From IMG/VR virus record IMGVR_UViG_2541047843_000009: a stretch of 40,254 nucleotides of DNA, one strand, 5' to 3'. Position 1 is the first letter of the stretch. The number at the start of each line of letters is the position of its first letter. The notes beneath the pieces are model-generated. The model did no database searches. It saw nothing but the letters and a program-made list of their open reading frames with translations, and had not been told where the DNA came from. The position numbers and the translations under genes are program-made. The stretch comes from a virus (lineage: Duplodnaviria; Heunggongvirae; Uroviricota; Caudoviricetes). This document shows, piece by piece, positions 28,158-35,538 of this stretch.

Positions 28158-28499
28158 TTAATTCGGCATGGTTAGCCGTCTGGGAAATAAGCTCACCACT
28201 GCACGAAAATGATTCATTGCTTTAATCAGCTCCCGCTTTTCGTCAGTGGTCAGCTCATTAATGCTGATGCTATGACGTTCAGCTGGAATTTTTGCCATAA
28301 AGAATATGGCAGCCAGTGCCCGTTTATTTTGTTCATTATTGATATCCCGTGGATCACGCATATCTTTAATAAACCGCTCAAGCTCTGACTCAATATTCAT
28401 GCCAAAAACTTTCGCCCTTAACTCCGCAATGTGATTAAGTCCATTCAGGCGTTCACCGGGGCTTAATGGAACAGTTGCTGCAGCGCCATTAATTGCCAT
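28158..28499 (-). CDS. Hypothetical early-region protein (113 aa)
   Basis: ORF in the early rightward-type operon; no family recognised. Confidence 0.5.
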   Translation of the reverse strand: MAINGAAATVPLSPGERLNGLNHIAELRAKVFGMNIESELERFIKDMRDPRDINNEQNKRALAAIFFMAKIPAERHSISINELTTDEKRELIKAMNHFRAVVSLFPRRLTMPN

Positions 28500-28521
28500 A
28501 CTTCATATCCCCCAAACGCAG

Positions 28522-28746
28522 CTATCGTTCTTTGTTCTTACGGTAACGCTCAAGAGGAGATACATTTTTTCGTATCGTCTCTTTAACCTGCTCTCCCCGT
28601 AAAAACGTCCCATCCTTTAACGTGAAAAAGTAACTGCCATCGCCCGACAATGACGGATAGCAACAGAGCAAATCATCTTCAGGTACTGAATAACTCTCCC
28701 CTCTGTAACGAAACTGATAAACCACTTCACTTTCTGCCGCATACAT
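28522..28746 (-). CDS. Hypothetical small acidic protein (74 aa)
   Basis: GGAG about 9 nt before the ATG; protein-like composition. Confidence 0.5.
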   Translation of the reverse strand: MYAAESEVVYQFRYRGESYSVPEDDLLCCYPSLSGDGSYFFTLKDGTFLRGEQVKETIRKNVSPLERYRKNKER

Positions 28747-28913
28747 TTGGACTTTCTCCGTTTCCTCGTGGTCAATTCAGACAGCAATTCATCTTGTGAA
28801 TGACATGGATGCCAGCGTTTTCCATTCTCACCCGTGATCCAGCCGTGACCGTAGTGCATTGCCGGACTTTGTTTTACCAGCAGCGACGCAAATGATGGTT
28901 CTTTCGTCAGCAT
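28617..28913 (-). CDS. Hypothetical ORF overlapping 28522-28746 in another frame; possible frameshifted or overlapping gene
   Basis: Start at MLTKEPSF just after cII; the N-terminal half looks protein-like, the C-terminal half is Lys/Arg-rich and overlaps the neighbouring ORF. Confidence 0.3.
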   Translation of the reverse strand: MLTKEPSFASLLVKQSPAMHYGHGWITGENGKRWHPCHSQDELLSELTTRKRRKSKCMRQKVKWFISFVTEGRVIQYLKMICSVAIRHCRAMAVTFSR

Positions 28914-28920
28914 AAGCACC

Positions 28921-29430
28921 TCACAGCAAACCGAATGAAGCACCGAGACCAGTCACAGTATCAACTGCACTCGCCATCGCAGGGTTAGCCTGTAAACGGG
29001 CCTGCAATGAAACAGCCGCCAGCGCCATCAGTCGTGTTACAGAATTAATGCTGCTGATGGCATCACGACGACCGGCACTGGTTTTTACATCGCCAGATAC
29101 CGCACCTGCAGCAACACGCCCGATCTCTGCGGTTGCACTCATGACGTAATGCGGCAGTTTCTCTTTTGCTACCTCATTAATCGGTACACATGGCAGGCAG
29201 TGAATCTGTGCCAGAAAACCATCTATCAGCGTTGAATCTTCAGTCAGATCGGTAAGCAGCCAGATTTCTGGCGCATTGAGCTGATGCGGTTGATCTGGGT
29301 TGAGTTTGTTTCGCAGAGTCTGGACATTCATTCCTGCACGTTCTGCCAGCTTCGCCATATTGTGACGAAGTGCAAAAGCTCTACAGGCTTCATCAAAATG
29401 CGGGTGTTTGGAAATCTTATAATCAAACAT
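28921..29430 (-). CDS. cII: CII-like establishment-of-lysogeny regulator (186 type)
   Basis: 169 aa, the length of 186 CII; helix-turn-helix-like N-terminus; directly downstream of apl. Confidence 0.7.
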   Translation of the reverse strand: MFDYKISKHPHFDEACRAFALRHNMAKLAERAGMNVQTLRNKLNPDQPHQLNAPEIWLLTDLTEDSTLIDGFLAQIHCLPCVPINEVAKEKLPHYVMSATAEIGRVAAGAVSGDVKTSAGRRDAISSINSVTRLMALAAVSLQARLQANPAMASAVDTVTGLGASFGLL

Positions 29431-29462
29431 GCTACCCCCTTAGAAAGTTCTCATAATTGAAC

Positions 29463-29705
29463 TTACTTACCAACAATGACGCGGAAGTTGGAATGACCGA
29501 GGGATTCACGGACCTGATCGGTTTTGTACATTAAATAACGCAGGCTTACGCGGCCTTTGTTTTTTTCCTTCTTGACCATGTATTTAGCAAGCTGACCATG
29601 GTGAATTTTTTGATACACAGAGCCGCGGGAGATACCTTCCCATTCAGCGAACTCAGCAGGCGTTGCCATCTCTTTTGGTACACGAATTGAAATATCAGTA
29701 CTCAT
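29463..29705 (-). CDS. apl: Apl/Cox-like excisionase and repressor of the lysogenic promoter
   Basis: 80-aa basic protein, first gene of the lytic-direction operon, divergent from cI. Confidence 0.7.
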   Translation of the reverse strand: MSTDISIRVPKEMATPAEFAEWEGISRGSVYQKIHHGQLAKYMVKKEKNKGRVSLRYLMYKTDQVRESLGHSNFRVIVGK

Positions 29706-29821
29706 AGTGCAGTATCTCTTAGTTTGGTTTCGTTTTATCTTGTTTTATGTGGTTTGGTTTTGCTTTTCAAACCATGAATGGATATTAAGATCACTTTTTA
29801 TATACGTCAAGAGGTTTGATT
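29706..29821. promoter_or_regulatory. Lysis-lysogeny switch region between the divergent apl and cI genes
   Basis: Direct repeats gtttggttt at 29722-29730 and 29752-29760 in AT-rich DNA. Confidence 0.5.
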
Positions 29822-30454
29822 ATGAGCTTAATCAAAGCGGGAAATGATAGTGGTGGGCGCGATGCAATTAACAGGCTTATTAAGGCTTACAACTTCAGCT
29901 CACGACAGCAGCTCTGCGAACATCTGGAAGTATCCAAAAGCACTATGGCTAACAGATACTTAAGGGATAGCTTTCCTGCCGAATGGGTAATTCAATGTGC
30001 CCTTGAAACAGGAGCTTCCCTTCTATGGCTGGCTACTGGTCAAGGAGATATGTATGCGTGTGAGAACGAAGAAACAAATCTCAAAAATGAACCTCCCGTC
30101 ACTGTAAGACCACTTTCTAAGATCGTTGCTCCTAGCATCAAACGTGTTGAACTGAAGAACGGCGAACTGCAGGCAAGTGATGAAATTCTTATTGATAGCA
30201 GCCTGCTCGATGGTGACTCATCCAACGCTTTATTTGTTAAAACAGCTAATAATAGCTTTGTAGTGGATACGTCCGTTAAACAAGTCAGTAATGGCTTCTG
30301 GTTAGTCGATATGGACGGAGTTAAAAGCATCGTCAAAATTGCGCGCATACCCGGAAACAAAATAGTAGTTAGCCAAGATGACACTTCATTTGAATGTTCT
30401 GTAGATGATGTGGAAGTCGTAGGACGTGCAGTCAAAGTAATCAAGAACCTCTAA
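29822..30454 (+). CDS. cI: CI immunity repressor (186 type)
   Basis: CALETGASLLWLATGQG motif as I recall in 186 CI; start taken at the ATG after GAGG (the track start is a TTG); 210 aa. Confidence 0.8.
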   Translation: MSLIKAGNDSGGRDAINRLIKAYNFSSRQQLCEHLEVSKSTMANRYLRDSFPAEWVIQCALETGASLLWLATGQGDMYACENEETNLKNEPPVTVRPLSKIVAPSIKRVELKNGELQASDEILIDSSLLDGDSSNALFVKTANNSFVVDTSVKQVSNGFWLVDMDGVKSIVKIARIPGNKIVVSQDDTSFECSVDDVEVVGRAVKVIKNL

Positions 30455-30457
30455 CTT

Positions 30458-31474
30458 ATGACCATCAGAAAACAGCCGAACGGAAAATGGTTGTGTGAGT
30501 GCTATCCCAATGGACGCAATGGTAAGCGCGTGCGTAAGCAATTTGCTACCAAAGGCGAAGCCATTGCATTTGAAAGCTTCACAATGGAAGAAGTGAACAA
30601 AAAACCGTGGTTAGGAGAAAAGGATGATCGGCGACACCTATCAGAATTAATTGAGCTTTGGTATTCCCTGTATGGTCAGACACTCGCAGACCCCAAGCGC
30701 CTCATGGCGAAACTTAGAATTATCTGTAATGGTCTAGGCGACCCCATCGCCTCAGAACTGACAGCCGGTGACTTTACGAAATACCGCGAAGCACGGTTAA
30801 AAGGTGAAGTACGAAATGAAGATGGCACGTTTATGTCGCCCGTTAAGCCCCGCACGGTAAACCTTGAACAGCGCAATCTATCATCTGTTTTTGGTACGCT
30901 GAAAAAGCTGGGCCACTGGTCAGCCCCCAACCCGCTTGCTGGGCTGCCAACATTTAAAATTGCTGAGAGTGAATTGGCGTTCCTGACCCCGGAAGAAATT
31001 AAACGTCTGCTGGATGCCTGCGCCGATTCTCAAAGCTCCAGCCTGCTTTTGATTGCAAAAATATGCCTGGCCACCGGCGCACGCTGGAGCGAAGCCGAAA
31101 ACCTGCAGAGTCATCAGGTATCAAAATACCGTATCACTTATACCAAGACCAAAGGCAAGAAAAACCGAACTGTGCCTATTTCTAAGGATTTATATGAAGA
31201 ACTGCCTAAGAATAGGGGGAAGTTATTCACCCCATGCAGAAAAGCCTTTGAGCGTGCAGTAAAGCGGGCTGGTATCGATCTGCCAGAGGGTCAATGTACT
31301 CACGTTCTGCGTCATACATTCGCTAGCCATTTTATGATGAATGGTGGAAACATATTGGTTTTGCGGGATATCCTAGGACATTCAGATATAAAAATGACCA
31401 TGGTCTATGCACACTTCGCCCCAGACCATTTAGAAGATGCCGTAACTAAAAATCCTTTATTTAATTTGAGGTAA
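30458..31474 (+). CDS. int: Tyrosine integrase (P2/186 type)
   Basis: 338 aa; C-terminal ...HVLRHTFASHF...LGHSDIKMTMVYAH catalytic region with the Tyr. Confidence 0.9.
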   Translation: MTIRKQPNGKWLCECYPNGRNGKRVRKQFATKGEAIAFESFTMEEVNKKPWLGEKDDRRHLSELIELWYSLYGQTLADPKRLMAKLRIICNGLGDPIASELTAGDFTKYREARLKGEVRNEDGTFMSPVKPRTVNLEQRNLSSVFGTLKKLGHWSAPNPLAGLPTFKIAESELAFLTPEEIKRLLDACADSQSSSLLLIAKICLATGARWSEAENLQSHQVSKYRITYTKTKGKKNRTVPISKDLYEELPKNRGKLFTPCRKAFERAVKRAGIDLPEGQCTHVLRHTFASHFMMNGGNILVLRDILGHSDIKMTMVYAHFAPDHLEDAVTKNPLFNLR

Positions 31475-31484
31475 GTAGTAATTT

Positions 31485-32153
31485 ATGAATAGCGAACTAG
31501 AGTTACTTATAAAAATATTATTCCCTTCCCTATCTGCCATTATATCCTTATTAGGGCTTAAAACAGGGTGGACTTATAAAAAAGATAAACTATTCACATC
31601 ACGTAAAAACATTAGCGAATTTTCATATCAGATGTATAAAAGCAGTGAAGATCCGACCTTCAAAAAACTGGCGGAAGATTACGGCATTGCTGCATTAACC
31701 AAAGATAACACATTGACAAAAAAACAAAGATTAATATTACTCAACACAACAAACCCCGTTAGCGATATAGATAATTATTCCAAATGTCAAAGTCTAATTT
31801 CCATTACCACCCATAAAGAAATATTCGCATGGAATAAAAAAAGATATAAATACAGCATATATAGAAAATTAATAAAAATCATAACAACTCTAATTTACTT
31901 CATGAGCAGTCTCATCGTAGCACTTCCTTTCAGTTATTCTGTTGTAGTAAGTGCTAAGATGATGGAGAAGATAAACCATCTAACTACTTGGCAATACTTT
32001 GGTTTAAGCAGCTATTTTGTGGTATCGGGAGTAGCAATATGCTTTATCTGCCTAGATAAGCTCTCCAAGATTAAGATCGCCGAGAGATTAATCGTTTCGA
32101 ATAGGCGTTTAGGCGACAAATGCAGTGGCGGCACTTTGGCGGCAGAAAGTTAA
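31485..32153 (+). CDS. Hypothetical AT-rich membrane protein (222 aa, about 3 transmembrane helices); candidate moron or superinfection-exclusion gene
   Basis: Starts 10 nt after the int stop; hydrophobic helices at the N-terminus and around residues 133-157 and 172-191; very AT-rich. Confidence 0.6.
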   Translation: MNSELELLIKILFPSLSAIISLLGLKTGWTYKKDKLFTSRKNISEFSYQMYKSSEDPTFKKLAEDYGIAALTKDNTLTKKQRLILLNTTNPVSDIDNYSKCQSLISITTHKEIFAWNKKRYKYSIYRKLIKIITTLIYFMSSLIVALPFSYSVVVSAKMMEKINHLTTWQYFGLSSYFVVSGVAICFICLDKLSKIKIAERLIVSNRRLGDKCSGGTLAAES

Positions 32154-32237
32154 AAACCCATAAAACGGACAGACACCGCATAAATCTAACCAACTGAAAA
32201 TCAAAGCAAATCATTGTTTTTACAGACATTGAAATGC

Positions 32238-32282
32238 TATGTAGGAATTTCGGACGCGGGTTCAACTCCCGCCAGCTCCACC
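32238..32282 (+). other. ssrA: 45-nt copy of the tmRNA (ssrA) 3' end; prophage att core at the prophage-host junction
   Basis: atgtaggaatttcggacgcgggttcaactcccgccagctccacca matches the ssrA 3' terminus as I recall it; the sequence upstream does not continue as ssrA, so this is a core duplicate. Confidence 0.7.
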
Positions 32283-32386
32283 AATCATGATTGGACGGTG
32301 TAAGGACAACACCAACAAAAACAGGAAGTTAGCAGTCTCAGCAGGACACCGACCAGACGGTGAGGAGACAAAAAAGGATACGCAAA

Positions 32387-32440
32387 GGAGCCGCGGCTCC
32401 CAAGTGACATGAAAGCCCGCATCTGCGGGCTTTTTCGTTT
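32387..32440 (+). terminator. Structured region: 14-nt palindrome (32387-32400) plus an intrinsic terminator hairpin and T-run (32415-32440)
   Basis: ggagccgcggctcc, then gcccgc-atct-gcgggc followed by tttttcgttt. Confidence 0.5.
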
Positions 32441-32583
32441 CATCTGCAAAAATGTCTATACATCAGCCGCCACAAACGGAGCAACAGCCTTTATTGGTGT
32501 GGGTGTTAAATTGACAAGGTACCTGCGACAGGAGATTTCTTGTTTATTTGTAATGCCACTGTTCTTTATCAGGAAGGTGATTA

Positions 32584-32853
32584 ATGGAAAATCTACTTTT
32601 TGTGATGTGTTGGATTAAAGATCATCATGTGATGTCATTAACTTTTGGCGTCTTATCTGCAATTTTATGGATTAAATCTGCTACAGCAAAAGTTGAGTTA
32701 GGCAAAAAAATTGTCATGGTTACGTATGAAGATCCCGAACTTAACGTGAATCTCCATGATTTCTTCGCCACTGCGCGGCTTCAATCTAAGTACAATTCAT
32801 TTGCAGCATTGTCTGCAGCAGCAACCGCGCTATTCCAGATTATTGGTTTGTAA
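32584..32853 (+). CDS. Hypothetical small hydrophobic protein (89 aa)
   Basis: AGGAAGGTGA ribosome-binding site; two hydrophobic segments; AT-rich. Confidence 0.45.
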   Translation: MENLLFVMCWIKDHHVMSLTFGVLSAILWIKSATAKVELGKKIVMVTYEDPELNVNLHDFFATARLQSKYNSFAALSAAATALFQIIGL

Positions 32854-32991
32854 TGCTTACCAGCCCCAAATTAATCAATACCCAGTGGTATTAGCAATGT
32901 CCGCTTCAAGTACATACATTCTTAAGACATTTGGGCACTGTCATGTCTGTCGGGGGAGTAGGTTAAAATCCTCTCGTGCAAAATTTCTTAG

Positions 32992-33354
32992 CTAGAGAAT
33001 ACAAAGAACATCATCTGGTGTTAACACAGAGTCTTCTACGTACTCAGGGTGGTTACGTAATACATCTCTCTGATGTCTCAAGATCTGCGCTGGAATTTCT
33101 TGCTCATCCACAATTTTGGCAGTATCCAGCAAAATACTGCCACACCTTATTTCCAGCAAAACAAAGCGATTCCACTCTGGACCGTTAGAACACAAAAGGT
33201 CAAACAAAACCTCACCTGTAGCCTGTGAATTGCCCAGTATAACAGAAAGCCTCTTCTCGATTTCGTGAACTGAAGTCAAGGGGTTCTCGTAGCCAGTCGC
33301 CATAACGACGGCAATGAGAGCCCCTGAGACGTTAACACCTGTTATTTCAAACAA
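32992..33354 (-). CDS. rnlB: RnlB-like antitoxin
   Basis: 120 aa; start overlaps the rnlA-like stop by 8 nt; resembles E. coli RnlB (from memory). Confidence 0.65.
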   Translation of the reverse strand: MFEITGVNVSGALIAVVMATGYENPLTSVHEIEKRLSVILGNSQATGEVLFDLLCSNGPEWNRFVLLEIRCGSILLDTAKIVDEQEIPAQILRHQRDVLRNHPEYVEDSVLTPDDVLCIL

Positions 33355-34417
33355 TATACAAATCCTTAATAATTCCCCATGCCTGTCTGGCCTTAGTCAT
33401 CAGTCGTGCCATGTCAGAAACCATACGGCTTGTGTCGACAACTATCTCCATATGGAACAGGCCATGACGTTCTCTGTTAAAGAAAGTATAGGCATCATTA
33501 ATGGTCTTAACCTTAGCTGACGATAAATTGCATCCAAATTGTTGTTTCAGAATAAATTCACTCCCAATTTTATCAAAATAAGGTCCGAAACCATCCTGCG
33601 TGATTGGCATGCCATATCGGTACATTGTTGATTTAAGTACTCCCTCAACTGAACGTAATTCAGGATACAACAACATACAGTAATCGGGTAAATCGGGGGC
33701 GGCGAGTTTAACACACAGCCCAGAAACGAGCAATTTTTCAACATTCTTATGCAATAGTGGGTACGCATCCCCCATTTCACACTCTAGATGTGAGCGAGCA
33801 ACTTCTTTCTGAACTATATACGCTTTGCCATCGTCCTGACGAATGAGAACTTTTTCCAGACCTTGTAAATCGAGTAGCTCTGACAAGTTGAATATAAACA
33901 CTCTATAACATGACAATGGACGCCCTTGTATTTGTAGTGTTCCATTTCTGTGATGCAGACTAACTGTCAACTCATCCTGAAATTCTGGCGAATGAATTTT
34001 CCACACCGTTGTATGAGTGTTCCGTAAGTATTCGTAAAATTGTATATGTGGCTGCTCTGCTGAGAGCTGAAGTACAGATAAAACGTTCGCTTCAACGAAC
34101 CCTTGTAACACCATATTTACCTGTTCAAATTCTGCAGGATTGATGGTTTCATAGAGATTATCAGCCAACTCTTTGCCAAGATTATGATTAGCTCCTGTTT
34201 GATACTGGACTGTAGACGTCCCTCCGTTATTATAGAAAATGTTAACAGTTGCCAAAGCTTCTCCTGGTTTAGCAAACACAACCCGAAGTCCTGCTCTTGT
34301 ACCAGGCATTGGTCCAATTGAATGGACGGAATAGTTTTTATTTTCAATAAATGCCCTAGACGTAGCCTCAATAGTTGTCCGATCCAAATTTAAATTAGTG
34401 TAGTTCCTGACTGTCAT
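33347..34417 (-). CDS. rnlA: RnlA-like endoribonuclease toxin (RNase LS family)
   Basis: 356 aa from MTVRNYTNLNL..., resembling the E. coli RnlA N-terminus and length (from memory); two-gene operon with the antitoxin. Confidence 0.65.
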   Translation of the reverse strand: MTVRNYTNLNLDRTTIEATSRAFIENKNYSVHSIGPMPGTRAGLRVVFAKPGEALATVNIFYNNGGTSTVQYQTGANHNLGKELADNLYETINPAEFEQVNMVLQGFVEANVLSVLQLSAEQPHIQFYEYLRNTHTTVWKIHSPEFQDELTVSLHHRNGTLQIQGRPLSCYRVFIFNLSELLDLQGLEKVLIRQDDGKAYIVQKEVARSHLECEMGDAYPLLHKNVEKLLVSGLCVKLAAPDLPDYCMLLYPELRSVEGVLKSTMYRYGMPITQDGFGPYFDKIGSEFILKQQFGCNLSSAKVKTINDAYTFFNRERHGLFHMEIVVDTSRMVSDMARLMTKARQAWGIIKDLYIV

Positions 34418-34476
34418 TTGCTTAACCCTATAAAAAACTTTAGCAAACTCTACAATATAGCCCCTCTTTAGTCTAA

Positions 34477-34760
34477 TCAGGCGCTGTATCCTGAAATCGG
34501 GTACCGATAATATCCCTCCTGCAGCCATGTGTTGGTGTTAACAAGATACTGTGTATCAATTGAATCCGTCAGACTGCAAAAGTTGATACCTCTTTCGCGC
34601 AGTTCCTCCACCAGCACGACAAGATGCCTCATACTGCGCCTCAGTCGGTCCAGTTTCCAGACCACCAGAGTGTCACCTGCCGATAATGTCCTGAGAAATT
34701 TTTTAGCCCGGGTCTTTCGGGCGTTGTAACGCTGATTTTATCTTCAAAATCAGCGCGCAT
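34477..34760 (-). pseudogene. Truncated, frameshifted Pin-type DNA invertase remnant
   Basis: MVWKLDRLRRSMRHLVVLVEELRERGINFCSLTDSIDT matches the central part of the invertase at 7294-7860; DNA similarity continues upstream out of frame; the C-terminal helix-turn-helix half is missing. Confidence 0.7.
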
Positions 34761-34817
34761 TCTTCTTAGGCCAGCAAGTTCTTATATGTGACGTGACTGT
34801 GGCTACAACAGATACGA

Positions 34818-34880
34818 TTATTCCATAACAGGGCTTGCAGGCCACTCAATATCCGGTGCAGTTGATGTATCAACACGATT
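34818..34880 (-). pseudogene. Tail-fibre assembly gene remnant (C-terminal about 20 codons only)
   Basis: ...[19 protein letters not shown] matches the C-terminal motif of the Tfa proteins at 8343-9357; upstream codons are not protein-like. Confidence 0.55.
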
Positions 34881-34953
34881 CAACAACACCCGATACTTCT
34901 TCCATGCTGAAAGCAATGATGCCGTTCCTAAGTTGCATTTACAGCCACCTTTT

Positions 34954-35250
34954 TCACCCGCGCTCAACCAACAACCAGACCAGCAGACACGCCACCACCG
35001 GCACAGCAAAATCCATCAGGCTTGCCACATCCCACGCGCGCGGATCAAAACCGCCCCACCACGGCATATTCATACGCTTGCCATGCCCGAACATTTCAAT
35101 CCAGCGATATTCTGCCTGGGTGTGCTCACGCGCAATGAAGAACGTACAACCGGCTATCGCACCGTAAGCCCACTTTCCGGTAAAAAGACCAACCAGTACC
35201 TGTGCGACCACAGCACAAAGTGCATGAAGTAAGGGACTTATATCCATCAT
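34954..35250 (-). CDS. Hypothetical small membrane protein (98 aa)
   Basis: Two hydrophobic helices; lies downstream of the lambdoid tail-fibre genes. Confidence 0.5.
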   Translation of the reverse strand: MMDISPLLHALCAVVAQVLVGLFTGKWAYGAIAGCTFFIAREHTQAEYRWIEMFGHGKRMNMPWWGGFDPRAWDVASLMDFAVPVVACLLVWLLVERG

Positions 35251-35259
35251 TTCCTCCTT

Positions 35260-35538
35260 TCAGCTCCATTCCCGAAGCGGAGTTTCCAGCTCCACGTCAT
35301 AATCCGAGAATACAGAAACATCAAACAAGTCATCAAGAATGCGAATGTTGACAAAATAACCGTCATTCCGGATACAGACAGGTTCTCCCTCTTCTGTTAC
35401 CCCTGTTTCTGTGTAGGTGAAACCAATTTCATCAACTAACAGTTTATTCTGGAGGTCTTCATCTTCCGCCCAGCCAAGAGATGACAGGAAGGCCTTAAAC
35501 TGCAGTTTGTCATGAAACTTCAAAGTTAAATCTTTCAT
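35260..35538 (-). CDS. Hypothetical acidic protein coupled to stf; possible tail-fibre chaperone
   Basis: 92 aa; start overlaps the stf stop (ATGA). Confidence 0.5.
   Translation of the reverse strand: MKDLTLKFHDKLQFKAFLSSLGWAEDEDLQNKLLVDEIGFTYTETGVTEEGEPVCIRNDGYFVNIRILDDLFDVSVFSDYDVELETPLREWS

Larger units (their letters stand above)
1..32282. mobile_element. P2/186-family prophage, near complete; left end lies outside the window
   Basis: Full colinear set of P2-type late genes plus a 186-type cII/apl/cI/int early region, ending at an ssrA 3' core copy. Confidence 0.85.

Noticed and set aside
32238-32282. Possible complete tmRNA gene
   Set aside because: Only the last 45 nt match ssrA; the upstream sequence is unrelated, so this is an att core duplicate, not an RNA gene.
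32409-32618. 69-aa plus-strand ORF
   Set aside because: Starts inside the terminator hairpin, has no ribosome-binding site, and overlaps the better-supported 89-aa ORF.
34529-34729. 66-aa plus-strand ORF
   Set aside because: Antisense to the invertase pseudogene.
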